Positions 16,806 through 29,375 of a stretch of 64,000 nucleotides of DNA are shown piece by piece. The stretch comes from the human T2T-CHM13v2.0 reference genome, Homo sapiens. Made by a program: the position numbers and the translations under genes. Every line of letters begins with the position of its first letter. Position 1 is the stretch's first letter. Below the pieces are notes generated by a model. It saw only the letters and a program-made list of their open reading frames with translations. It did not search any database and was not told the origin of the DNA. The stretch lies in NCBI RefSeq assembly GCF_009914755.1, contig NC_060926.1. One strand, written 5' to 3'.

Positions 16806-18199
16806 TGCTTTCTTCTTCATCTCTTTGTAAGTCCAAAATATATGCATTTTAGAGACATTTTAAAACTGCTTTGATGTTTTCAAATTGCTCTGATGTTTTC
16901 ATTTCACCTGGAAGAATTCATCTTCCACTTGCTTTTTAAGCAGCATTCCTAAAAAAGAATTTTCATTTTCTTCTTATGTTTTGAAATTTTAATTTTCAAC
17001 TCCTTGTGAATGGGAGTTTTCTCTCCTTTATGCTCATTCTTCCTTGTTAATGTTCTTGAGTCTTTCTTTATTCAATACTATATACTTGTCATCTAGAATG
17101 AGATCCTAATTGGGACATCAAGGACTCCTGTTTTATGATGATACTAGAAGTAAAGCAGAGGCACTTACCTGGCTTGTGGTGGCTTGTTCTAAAATGACCA
17201 CTTTCTCCCGTCTCGCTAGATACACAGATGAGTGCCTTTCTCAACACAGATGAGAGAGCCCTGCTTCCACTTCCAGGCAGCAAGTCTGGCCTTTGTCTTT
17301 CACACGAAGTCAGTTCTGCTGAGAGATTAGAAGTTCTAGTTGCCTCAGTCGACTTCTGGATCTAAAGACTTTCAGGCCCCATGGTTTCCAACCTGCTTAT
17401 TGCATTTTGCTTTTCTTGTATTTATGGTCCTTGGAGATGTTTAACTAATTTTTGACTGTGGCTCTATCTTTTTAGTCATCTCTTTTTGTATTTAGTCTGC
17501 CATTGCTATTGCTTTTGAGCAGAAGAGTCTTCAAAGAATGAATTTACAAGACTGTTTTTATTGGAAGCCCTCCAATTTCCACTAAACTGACTTTTTTCCT
17601 CACATTTCCAAAATAGCTGCCTAAAATGAAGATTCAAGTGACCCTCTGTTATCTAAATTCATCAAAAGTCTGTATCTTTGGGGTTTAGTCTAAGAAATTG
17701 AGTCTCTTCTTACCAAAGCATTCTATATATGGGTCAGTGCTCTTTAGCAGCCAATATCCAGAATAAATCATTCCTTTCCATGGTTTTAGTTATTGTCTAA
17801 GGCTAGTTTCTGTAAAATTATATGTTTGATTTGACCTTGCCTACCGCTTATTTTTAATTTGTCTTATACATATTGTACTTGAAATAGATATCTTCTCAAT
17901 CTCTAGAAACCAACAGAGGGAAGTCATACATCCTTATTTTTCCTCTAAGATTCCCTTTGAGCCACTTAGGCAATATTTATAAGAATTTGAGTGTCTGTAG
18001 CATTTGAACCTAGTACATTGATTTTTAAAAATGGAAGTAATGGATTCTGCCTTAAAAAGTTTGCAAATTGAACACTTAAAAATTGTTAAAAGTATGTATT
18101 TAGCACCTACTATGAGCAAATAATTGCACTACTATTGTAATTTGGAATGCAGAGAAGCAGCAAACAGATGGTCTGGTTTTATGAAACATAGGCATTAAG

Positions 18200-18560
18200 A
18201 TAAATTTATTTGACAGGTTGTTATTGTGTGTCAGCTATGCTATTGTGCTCAGAGATGTGGAAAAATCAAACATAGAGGATAATCCTCATTCTTTTGCAGG
18301 TTGCCTGGGGAGATAAAAACACTAATGGACATGATATAGGGAATATGGTGATAAGTTCTATGAGACAGGAGTAAAGGAAGTGCTGTGGGTGTTGGTTGGG
18401 GAAGAGATGAGTTCCAATTGAGCATAGGAGAGACATGAATTGGGAAAGATTTCCCAGAGGAAATGCTGTTTGAACAGAACTCTGAGGGATAGTAGTATTT
18501 GGTATGAGGGCAGGAGTTTTCTGGATATGGGGAATAAATGCACAGAAGCAGCAAGCTGGG
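18200..18560 (-). mobile_element. L2 fragment
   Basis: gggaaagatttcccagaggaaatgctgtttgaacaga, typical antisense L2 3' text. Confidence 0.6.
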
Positions 18561-18974
18561 GGATATGTATAATCAAACAGATACTAGTGGTATTTTATTT
18601 TATGCTTTGTTCCATTATCTCCCCACATTCAGTCAGTAAGTAAATCAAGGTAAAGTGCTCCCATCATTATGGACTTATTTGAAAATTGTTTAACTCCCCA
18701 TTTTTTCCTCTAACACATTTTTACTTGCATCAGCTTTCAACAACTTCAACTAAACTTTGAAATATTCTCTTTGTAAGCTCACTCTTGCCCTTCCTTATAC
18801 CTCTTTAATTGGCCCTATATAACACTTTTAAATGATATTTTCATGACCTTGTTTTTAGTTACATTGTCTACTTTCTAATCATGACTCTCTGTTGCTCTTC
18901 AAAATACACGCAGAATTCTGACAGTAAGAACAAAAATGTACTCTTAGGGTGATTTTATTTGGATTTAGTGATTT

Positions 18975-19630
18975 TTTATTTTTCAAGTTTTTATTAATGG
19001 GCTTAATTTTTTTAAAGAGTTTTAGATTTACGGAAAAATTGAACGAAGGGCACATTGAGTCCCATGGAGCACCTTCTTCACACACAGTTTCCCTATTCTT
19101 AATATTCTAAGTCATTACTATTTAATTGTTACAATTAATAACCCAATAATGATTTTTTTAATTAACTGAAACCCATAGTTTATTGAGATAGTTTTATAAT
19201 GCCTTTTTTTCTGTTCCAGAATCCCATTTAGGATACCTCATTACATTTAATTGTCATGTCTCCTTAGGCTCCTCTTGGCTATGACAGTCTCTCAGACTTT
19301 TCTTGTTTTTCATGACCTTGACAGTTTTGAAGAGTACTAGTCAGCAATCTTGTACAATGCCCTTGTATTGGGATTTATCTGATGTTTTTCTCATGACTAG
19401 ACTAGGCTTAAGGGGTTTGAGGAGGAAGATCATTGATATAAAGTCTCGTCTTCATAGCATCATAGCAAGGGATCAACATGATTTATGACTTGTGTTGCCC
19501 TTGGTCACCTGGCAGAATTAAGTTTCCCACCATAAAGATACTCATTCCCTCCTGCTCCTTTTCCATACTGCACTCTTTGGAGGGAAGTTATAGTCTGTAC
19601 TTAAGGAGTGGGAAATTGTGCTCTCATTTT
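18975..19630 (-). mobile_element. L1MC/L1MD-type 3' end fragment
   Basis: ttttagatttacggaaaaattga, catgtctccttaggctcctcttggct, ccatactgcactctttgg; related to the copy at 31590. Confidence 0.85.
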
Positions 19631-20786
19631 TTCATTTTTTTATTCCTCAAAACAAACTTATGAGAAAATGAGGAAGGCAGAGTAAGAATTATTATGCTTC
19701 CTCTTTCCCATTTCACACATGAGGAAAACTCTGTAATTCAGGAATTTTACGTGGCTTAAGTGTGGTCACGACAGACAAATGGAAGAAACAGTATTAGATA
19801 TTATGTATGCTCTACAGTGCTTTCTCCAAGACAGATTTTTCTGCCAGCCTCAACCATGGCTCTTTAGGCTTTCCTTAGCGTTGTCTCTGCATTCTGCCCG
19901 TTTCTTAGTTTTTATAGTTCTCATTCTATTATAGTTCACTTTTCCTTATTTTTTGACAATGTTCTTTTTGTTTCCTTTGCTCTTACACTTCATTTTTGTA
20001 GGCATTTAATTTTTTATTACAACTAGTTTTCCAAAATTGAATGAGATCTCATTGACAAAGACAAGGAGACGCTGGGTGTTTGTAGTTCACGTGTGTATCC
20101 ACATGCATTCTCAGTTTGTCCTGTTCCTTTCATGAATTTAAATATCTTAAGGGCATTCTAACTAATCAATACTCAAAACAGAAATTTCTGTTTCTATCTT
20201 CATCTTTAATGATGACAATATTTCTTAAAATGTTATACTTAGATGAGTTTTACATTTTCCTCCCAAACCAAGAAATTTCTTCTTTCAGACTAAGTGGTCC
20301 TTGAGAAATGGAGAAATATAGACAAGATATGGCTGGAATAGCTACAAAAGCCTCTTTCAGAAAATTTATAGTTTTTGATTATGGGTAATCTACTAACACA
20401 CTGATTTTGTTCAACCCTACTCCAAAATAGTATTTTTTTTTTCTGGTTTGATGAGAGAGCTAAACAATATTTGAAGACAGGGGTATATTCTTATGCTTCA
20501 TGTGGGATCCAGTTTCCTAAAGACTTCTGGGACTGCCAACGGGGTCAGAATTTGAGGCCCTGAGGGAAAAAAAAGGAGACATTATTAAGAACATTTTGAT
20601 GTTTTTGTTTAAAGAGCTGGCAACTATGATCTGTTATTGGCTTCCGTTGTACCTTTGTCTGAGTCAATTTGACCTGAAAAGTTAGTTATTTAATTTTCAC
20701 TTTTCAATTTCAAGACAAGAATATAAGACTGAATTTTTTTAATCCTTGCCTTCACGACATAAATAATTGATTTTATCAGCAGAACT

Positions 20787-20813
20787 CAACAACAACAACA
20801 ACAACAACAACAA
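20787..20813. repeat. (CAA)9 microsatellite
   Basis: Read directly. Confidence 0.95.
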
Positions 20814-21474
20814 AACAAACCTTTTTTCATTGAAATATTTAACAGTGAGGCCCTCATAATTGCCTTGGGAAAACACTGTTTTAGTGGGCATTGTAGTGAG
20901 ACAGTAGGGAAAGTAAAAATCTGAATGATCAGATCCCATTGTGTTTCTAAAACATAAAGTTATAGGTCCTGGGTTGGATTTTGTAAACTCCTAATCAAAA
21001 GCAAAATATTAAGGAACCCCACTGGCATTTAATCATCCAATGGATCACAGTACATTGTTACAGTGGATCATATTTGATATTTAATAATAATGTGATAGCA
21101 AAAAATAGTGCACATTGATAGACAGGATTGTTCAATTTAGTATATCCATAGCTGCCTGAAAATGCCCCACATACTTACAGTCATTGCATCAGACACTTGT
21201 GATTGCCATACTAAACTGTCTGTCCTCCCTTATATAAAGAAAGTACAATGTATCAGAAGTTTCCATAACTTTTTAACATTTAGTAAGCAAGATATCAGAT
21301 TAGAATAAACAATGGTTCCATATACTATTCCCATTCTAGCTGTTTAGCCAGTTTGTTCTCTTACTATATGAAATATCAACTTCAGGCATGGTTGGATTTA
21401 TAGAGAAATTCTACTACATATATGTATATATTTGTGTGCATATATATGTATATCCACATACATACGTATACACT

Positions 21475-21735
21475 GCTTTTTTGTTGCAAAAGTAATACAT
21501 GCTTGTTATAAAAAGAAAAGCAGTACAGATAGGGATAAAACAGAATGTGTTATTCAATCACCCCAGGATAACTACAGTTAACATATTGGTAGTCTTCTAT
21601 GCATATATATATCACTTTATCTACATACATCTATCCTTTATTAAATAAAAATACCATTCATTTAGTTTTGAAATATTTTTCACTTATATAGCATGTATTT
21701 TCATGTCAATACAGATCTACATCATTGTCTTTAAG
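21475..21735 (-). mobile_element. L1ME-type 3' fragment
   Basis: aaaagtaatacatgcttgttat and caccccaggataactacagttaacatattgg; diverged. Confidence 0.55.
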
Positions 21736-22513
21736 CAGATATTATTTGATGAACTTCTCATTCAGTTTTTGGATCATGGGGTTAGTCTTTGAGCCTTGGG
21801 CCTAGCATAAGGATCAGGAAAGAGGAACTAGGTGAAGAAGCCAAGAGGCAGAGGCCATACAATGTAGGTGACGAGGTAAAAAAGAAACCCAGCCCAGAAC
21901 ATCTTCCTGCTGTGGAAGGGGCATGTGTAAGCACCTCTTCCTCCATCTCACCGTTCCTCACAACCCTTCATACACAGCACAATCATAAGAAGCCACCCAA
22001 GCACTGTCATAAGAAATATTTGATGGAGCAATTAGTTCTTTCCAGATACATATATAGAGAGGATACTGCCTTCCTTGTAGTCATGGTGATTGGACTGAGT
22101 GGGAAAGGAGATTTGATTTGGGTAGTGACAAACTTGAGGAAATTTGACAAAGGCTCTCATTAATGGATAGTGGCAGAGGAGAGGAGGTTCCTGACACCTT
22201 AACTGTGAGGCTGATGACACCTAACTTTGTTCCAAGAGTCACTTCCCTGGTCCCCTTTCTGGACTGCTGAAAGGTGAGAAATCTGGGATGTCAAGAGGAA
22301 AGCTTTTTCTATACCTTTTTTGAAACTTTGGGAGAAGGTTATATCAAAAGGAAACCACCCACCTCTGTCCTCCTCTCCTTCTTAGCTGTAAGTTGTAGTT
22401 TTTGTATAAGGCAATTATTAAATCATTTTTATCCGTGTTGTTGAAAATGTTAATATATATATTACAAGAAAGAATATTACATGCCTAATACATTCTACCT
22501 ACTTCTCTTACAG

Positions 22514-22551
22514 AAATAGATGACAAGAGGGGGCCCAACACACAAGGGGAA
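22514..22551 (+). CDS. PPP1R1C: PPP1R1C internal coding exon (38 nt; probably coding exon 3), (E)IDDKRGPNTQGE
   Basis: Branch-like ctaat near 22485, pyrimidine tract cctacttctcttacag, consensus donor GAA|gtaagt; phase 1 to phase 0; peptide recognised from the PPP1R1C protein. Confidence 0.93.
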
Positions 22552-24802
22552 GTAAGTTTTTAAAAATATTTTGTATAAATGTGTTCAAATCAATTAAAAA
22601 TGCAAAAATTTGCTTGATTTGATGTGATATAAATAATGATACAACTGTAATAAAACTTTAGATTGCTCCTTCTGACTGAATAAACAGTAATATAGTGTCA
22701 TTAAAATCTCTGCCTCTCAGTTACCTTTATTCTCTACCTATGTAATGCTAACCCCTGAAAAAACTTTTAAAATAAAACATCACTTTTAATGGCAAAATGT
22801 GGTATTGACAACTTCAATTTATTGAGTGATTATATATGCACACCACAGGCTAAGCCAAGTAATGCTGGAACCCCAGAGCAAGGAGATGGGGTTGGAGGGA
22901 TGACACCTCTTACAGGGTCTTCTGGTATGTGGAGCCAAAAGTCTGAGGCCAGAGTCTAGGGGGACTGAAGTCTCCAAAGCCTGAGTAAACAGATCCAACG
23001 GGTTCACCTAGAAATGTACTCAGATTTAAATTCAGCAGGCTGTCTGAACACTGTCACTCTCTATTCCCTCCACATACATGTGTAGGAGTTTATATAGAAA
23101 ATAGAAACCAGGAGAGGCCAGAAGAGCATATAATATAGAATATATGAAACACAAAGTGAATAAACTAGTTCCCAGAAATGAAATAAATATTGAATAGGAT
23201 GCTGTGCAGGGTTACCTAATCAATTCCCTTGATCGTAGGTGTAGGCAAACAGCAATACTTAAAGAGAAAAATGTAGAATGGACAAAATATCAAATAGTAT
23301 ATCACAAGACTTTTCTGAAAATTTTGTGAAACAGTAAAAGTGGAAAAGCTTTCAAAACTAAACTCTTACATAAATATAAATTAGTTTTTATTAGTAAGTT
23401 TACACTGTGTTACTAAACAACAACAATAAAAAAATTTCTGTAGATTTAATTTTCTATTTGATCTTTAAATATGTGTATGGAAGTAAATATTAAAAATCCC
23501 TAAACTGATTCGTTCTCAAAACCAGCCAGATGTGACTGAAACAGTAGAAGTGCCCCAGAAATGTCAATCATCCACATATTTAACATTAATGTAGAGTCAC
23601 CCTGTCTACACCTGTGCATAGTATGTAGGTATCACAAAACTCTATTCTGGAGAAATTTGCTTATACTATTTGCTCATCTGCTATGGATTTGGTAACTGTT
23701 TTGTTGAAAGGTTTAGTTTTTAATTGATTGCTTTTGCATCAGATAAATAACATCTCGATGATACCTTTGAGGGCAGTTAATCTTTAGCAAGCACAAGGAA
23801 AGAGGCCTCAAGCTCTATTTACAACTTTGTAAAACAGTTTCTAGTTTAAACTTTGTACATTATGTTCTTGCTAATGTGCATAGCAAGCCTGGAACAATCT
23901 TCAAAAAGTATGTTGTAACTATTTACACTTGAGCTTTTCAAAGCAAAAATAATTGCCCCAGATGCAAAAACTCATTGATTAAGACCCGTACACTTGCCAC
24001 ATTAAAACATAAATCAACATGCTATTAAAATGGAGTCTTTGGCATTTTCCGATTGGGGGTTAGACCATGTAATTTATTAAATGAATAATATGTATATCCA
24101 TTATATAGGGCTCTGTATCCTTATCTGTATTTTGACCCTGAAATAAGTTCTTATTTTTGTCATTTTGAAATGCAAAATCTCTTCAATAACTTTATCCTGA
24201 TCCAATAATGCTTAGGTAAGAGTGTCACATAACAGTTTTATTAGGAAAGGACTTATCTTTTTTTTTAACATATGAAGAATGTTACCTCAACATTATAATT
24301 CCAAGTAAATGGAGGTAATAGTTGAACATGTCAATTCAAGAGGGTTAAAGATTGCTATTACTTTCCAAGGATCTTCATTGTTCCTCTTGAATCACTCAAT
24401 AACCCCACGAACAGATACTATTATTCCCTGGACATAGCTTTTGGAATATACTTTGTCATGGAACTCAGACTGTTTTTCTCTCAAATGAAAAGGATTGGTG
24501 TCTCTTTTTCTCTTTCTTTTTAAAATAAATTAATGTTATTAGGTGGGAAAGTAAAATGATTTCAAGGCTGCCATGAATGAAGAATTTTATGATTAAGTAG
24601 ACCCTACAACTCCATGTATCTCTTAAGTCTGTGATATCACTAACATGTATATAATTTCTCATTAATTAGATTCTATTTCATGACAGGGAGAAATCAGAAA
24701 GCTTTTCATAACATGGCACAGTATTTATTTCCCTCACAGGTCTGATGGCATCGTACTTTGTATCCAAATCTAAGGCTTTTACTTTTTTCTCTTTCTCCAC
24801 AG

Positions 24803-24863
24803 TTACAGAATGCATCCCCTAAGCAAAGGAAGCAGAGTGTGTACACACCACCCACCATAAAAG
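24803..24863 (+). CDS. PPP1R1C: PPP1R1C internal coding exon (61 nt; probably coding exon 4), LQNASPKQRKQSVYTPPTIK(G)
   Basis: Strong acceptor ttttttctctttctccacag, donor AAG|gtactg; phase 0 start fits the previous exon; YTPP motif as in DARPP-32. Confidence 0.93.
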
Positions 24864-24949
24864 GTACTGTTCAGGTACTGTTTCGGGTTGTCATGAGTGC
24901 TGAATCATGGCTGGTCGGCCGTCTGTTCTCTAGGACCACATATCTGATG

Positions 24950-25095
24950 ATAAGCTAGATCTAGTCTCAGCTCTACAACTTAACAGTGTTATGTTCAGTA
25001 AGATATCTTATCTACTTAAAACTTAGTTTCATCAAGAGTAAAATATGGGGTTGAAAAAGAAATAGCTAGTGATCTCAGAATTTCAGTCTAGAAAT
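24950..25095 (+). mobile_element. MIR fragment
   Basis: tctagtctcagctctacaacttaacagtgt..cttagtttcatc..gtaaaat core. Confidence 0.6.
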
Positions 25096-26644
25096 TCAGT
25101 TTCCAAAATAATGACAAAGATTTTTTTTTACCGTTATTCGCATACTTCCTTAAAGAGATTTTCCCAGAAGCCCTAATTACTCTTGCCAGTGTTGGCAGAT
25201 GATTACTGTTTTTCTCTTGGCTAAAGCAAAGCAGAATAACTTGAATTTCAGGGAGACTGAGGATGAAGTGTTGCCTCATTGTATTGTGTCAGGAGCAGCT
25301 CTAAGAAACTCAATCAAACCAGCTATTCACTGTACATGTAACTACTGTTGAAACAACAACTAAGAATCTAGTTCAGATTCTGAAATTTTCCCCAGAATTG
25401 GAACTGCTAAAAGAAGACCTGTCAGTATCTTGACCAACATCAGTTCCAGGGAAAGCATCTCTTATTTCTCACACTGAAATGTTCTTGATTTGAGGTAGAG
25501 TCTGTCCAGTCTACTCTCTCATGTTTTTTCCAGTCTGGTGCTTGGGCTGTGGGCCCAGTGGCTGATCATACTCAATTTGTCCAGCTCAGTTTCAACTGCA
25601 TGAGAGGCCAGCTGAGCAGCTTCCTCTGGAGTTTGGAGAGAGGGCTAAATTGGGAGTGAAATTTCCCACTCTGTATTTGCTCTAGATTTGGGGCCTATTC
25701 AGGGAGGCGGGATATAAATGGACACATTAATAGCTACTTTCAGTAGACTTCCTTCCTCATGCAGCTATAAAACACCATGTTTGCTTGTTCATAAGACTGC
25801 AGAACATAATACAATCATCAGCATTGTAGTTTATTCCAGGGTAATTATTGAGACTACTAGGCATCTCTCTCTGAAGATAAGTTTAATCATTTTAAAGATA
25901 TTTTCCCCGTTGTAAGTGATTTTGTACTTTCAAGACACATCAGTTTTGGCATGAATGGGCAACAAGGAAAAATATATGTTCACTCATTTAATGATTTCCT
26001 CTGCTCTATTTTAGGTTCACTTAAACTAAATAAAGTAATACTGTTCTCATGTCCTCAGAGAATAATACTATTATTTTTAAAGGAAAATCTTAAACCGAAA
26101 GTCTCAAGGGCCGATGATGTTCATTATATTTAGTTCTCAAATATCAAAAGAATGTGGGATCATAACATTTAGAGAAGTTAGTCCTGTTACACATTTTTGC
26201 ATAAAGCCTTATACTCTCAAGTCTCCCCGAGATACTCATTTAATGATAATCATTTGTGGTCATAAGTTAATGGCTTGAGAAAGCACAGTAATTGTTTCAA
26301 GAGGATATCAGGGTATTACTACAAGTCACATAGGTTCTCATTTATAATCAGAAATGATTTGGAAGTCCCCTGCTTATGATAAAAGAAAAGAGAAAGCTAA
26401 ATGCAAATATTTTATTTGGTTTACCTGTCCCTAAGAGCTAGAAATAAATATTTTAAGACAAAATGAAGCAATGGTAACATATGGCATCTTGTGAGCACAT
26501 CAAGAGGCTTCAATTATAAAAAAGATGAAAGAACAAAGGAAATGTTATTAAGATCTTAAATATAATGATACAATTGCTCTGAAATGTATAATTCTTCAAA
26601 TTGCAGTTGAATGGAACATACAGTTATTGAGTGTAAAAACATTT

Positions 26645-26830
26645 GCTGAGGGCACCATGGTACATGCTTATAGTCTCAGCTACTTGGGAGGCTGAGGTAG
26701 GAGGATGGCTTGAGCCCAGGAGTTGGAGGCTATAGGGCATTATGATTATGCCTGTGAATAGCCACTGCATGCCAGCCTGGGCAATATAGTGAGACCCAGT
26801 CTCTAAAAAAAATTCTAAAAAGAAAAAAAG
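26645..26830 (+). mobile_element. FAM (fossil Alu monomer)
   Basis: Single monomer with 7SL-derived gcctgtgaatagccactgca segment and A-rich tail. Confidence 0.9.
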
Positions 26831-26914
26831 AATTTGTACTCACAGATCCTTGTTCTACATCTTGTCATTTGTGAATTTTTAAATGACAGATATCTAAATA
26901 TTTCAAGATATCTA

Positions 26915-27650
26915 TTAGGTCTTTGTCTCATGCTAAATTTTCTTTTTTCCAGGTTGAAATATCTTGATGTCAGTTATACCTGTTATTTAGTTATTTTGCC
27001 TTCATTCTTGATCTTATAATAAGCTCCACTTTGCCTGTATCATTCTAGAAGTCCATCATTCAAAATGAATCTAATGGTTAAGATGTGTTCTGATCAGAAA
27101 CTTGTGGAGACTTCAATTATGCCTGAAACCTCCTTCAACCCAGATACTTTAATTCTATTAATGCAACCCAAAATCTTATCAGCTTTTTGTGGCAGCATTA
27201 CACATTGTTGGCAAATAGTGAGCTGACTATAAAATCAAAATGTCCAAGTATTTTACAGGTACAGCTTTCCATATTATTCACCATGTATTCCCCATACTGA
27301 TGTCTTAAATTTGTTTATATCAGAAACTAATACAGTACTGTCATCTCAATTGAATTGCCTATGTTGGAGACAGATTGTTACATCGGCATGTTATATTTTG
27401 TATCCTGACTCTATTATTCATTCTATTTTCAGCTATCTCAATTGTGTGTCATCATAGATAAGATAAACCTATTTTGTTATTTTTATCTGATCCATAACAA
27501 ATGTATGAAACAAAACACAGCTAAAAGAGAGCCCTGCAGCAGCCCATATATCCCCTTCTAATTCACATTGATCCCCTTGTCACCATCATTAAACCATTTA
27601 TCAAATAGACTTATTATATCAGGGTTCCATCCCTTCATCAGAGGTTATCA
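26915..27650 (-). mobile_element. L3/CR1-like fragment
   Basis: gctttttgtggcagcattacacattgttggc and ttgtgtgtcatc..agataa..agagagccctgcagc resemble antisense CR1; highly diverged. Confidence 0.5.
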
Positions 27651-28012
27651 TCAGCACTCCTATTAGATAAATTGTTGTATTTCAGATGCCTTGTGCTAAC
27701 CATGAGTCATAAATTTATGATATATATTGTGCATAAAAATGACAGAAGTTGAAGTTTGCATAGAAAACAGACTTTTTCATTATCTTGTGTAATATTGTGT
27801 TTCATGATTATGCACAGAAAGTTCAGATTATCAGAAAAATGACAGCTGATGACTAATACCCACGTACATTTCTCTGGTGTTTATATGGTGGTCAGCCCTG
27901 TAATTTACAGAACAGCCAATTAAATTATTGTTGGACTGCTTGAATCATGTTTTCAGAAAAGTGGATTTGGATGTTAGGACAGGAAATGGCTGACTCATTT
28001 CTATCCCAATTT

Positions 28013-28026
28013 TGTGTGTGTGTCTG

Positions 28027-28061
<35 letters not shown>

Positions 28062-28065
28062 GTGT
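28013..28065. repeat. Interrupted (TG)n microsatellite
   Basis: Read directly. Confidence 0.95.
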
Positions 28066-28634
28066 TTTACTGGAATGCAAATGCCTTCTACTGAAGAAAG
28101 CAAAGTAAGTGCTATTGATTTAAACGGAAATTGGAACATTAAACAAAGCAGCTGACTTAAAAATGACTTTGTAGAGCAGGGCCTATTAGTATTGCATTAC
28201 CATTCTTAATGCATAGCCAGTCAGATTTTTCATTTACTTCTGTAAAACATCTTTTTCCTCCCATTCTTCATGATTTCTTGTAAAGACTTCAGTATCTAGA
28301 TATTTTTCTTCTAAGTCAAACAGACTTCTGATATGTCAAAAATACCTTTGTATGCTTACAGCATTTTAACACTGAAGCTTTTTTTTTTCTCCAAGGATGG
28401 CTATGATCTTGATTTTTTTTTCAACCCCTTCTCATAATAAAGAAATAAATACAAATACAGAATAAATCAGAGAGCAAATCAACCTGGACAAATAAGAAGG
28501 CTAACATGGATTTTGGAGGGTGGAAGATGAAAGTGGCAATAATGGCAAGAATAAGACGTACTTCAGATCACCAACTGAAACATGATCTTCCAATCAGGGA
28601 AAACTGCTGATCATGGTGATTTCCTGGAACTCAA

Positions 28635-29375
28635 TATGAAAGGACATGGACTTTGGCGGACAAGCCATCACGGTTCCACCCTCAATGCCACCACTTATTA
28701 GCTGTGCAACCTTCAGAAAATCAATGGGTTGTTCACCCCAGAAAACAACAACAAAGAAAAATATATTCAAATATGCTGGATGTATTTGGGAAGTAGAAAT
28801 GAAGATTATGACCCAAGACGCACAGTTAAGGCAAGCCACATATGCATCCGCAGTGGGAAGGGTAAAGGGAAGTTTTATTGGCACAGGGGGAAGTTCATGT
28901 AAGGTACTTGGAAACAGAGTTTATTAGTTTCGGACACTCAGAGCCAGATTTGGCATCAGTTAATTGCCAATATAATTGAATGGCAATTTAATTACATTGC
29001 TGGACATACCTGTCCAGTAATGGCTGCAGATGCCATTACTGAACCGGTATTCTTTTGAGAACATCTTATCTGAATTGCAGTAGTCCTAAAGAAAGAATTT
29101 CTTGGGAGGTTATTTTAGCAAGTCCTTGAGACAGTCTTTATCTCAGCCATATAACATGAACTCCTCCTTTTGGCTTTTTGCTTTAGTGTGTTTGGGCCTG
29201 ACAAAAAAGTGATTTCATCCTAGTATCTGCAACTTTCACAGGATTAGCCTGTCTCACTTCTCTCATGGGGAAAATGAAAGTGTTGTTTACCACATATGAT
29301 TGCTGTAGGGACTGAATGAAACAAAATGTGTAAAGAAAATGCTTAGATCAGGCACACAATATGTGGAACTATTTT
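28635..29375 (+). mobile_element. MIR split by an LTR insertion
   Basis: catggactttgg..ccaccacttattagctgtgcaacctt before the LTR; ctcacttctctcat..aaaatg..gctgtagggactgaatga after it. Confidence 0.65.
28730..29240 (-). mobile_element. ERV1 solo LTR, MER67-like
   Basis: Minus strand begins TGTGAAAGTTGCAGATACTAGGATGAAATCAC; TG..CA ends; TSD gggt/ggat. Confidence 0.75.

Noticed and set aside
20040-20053. 14-bp palindrome aatgagatctcatt, and a 9-bp stem at 4653-4675
   Set aside because: A few such palindromes are expected by chance in 64 kb of AT-rich DNA, and there is no supporting context
24758-24958. 66-aa ORF as a stand-alone gene
   Set aside because: Only 24803-24863 is exon; the start is a TTG within the intron's acceptor region
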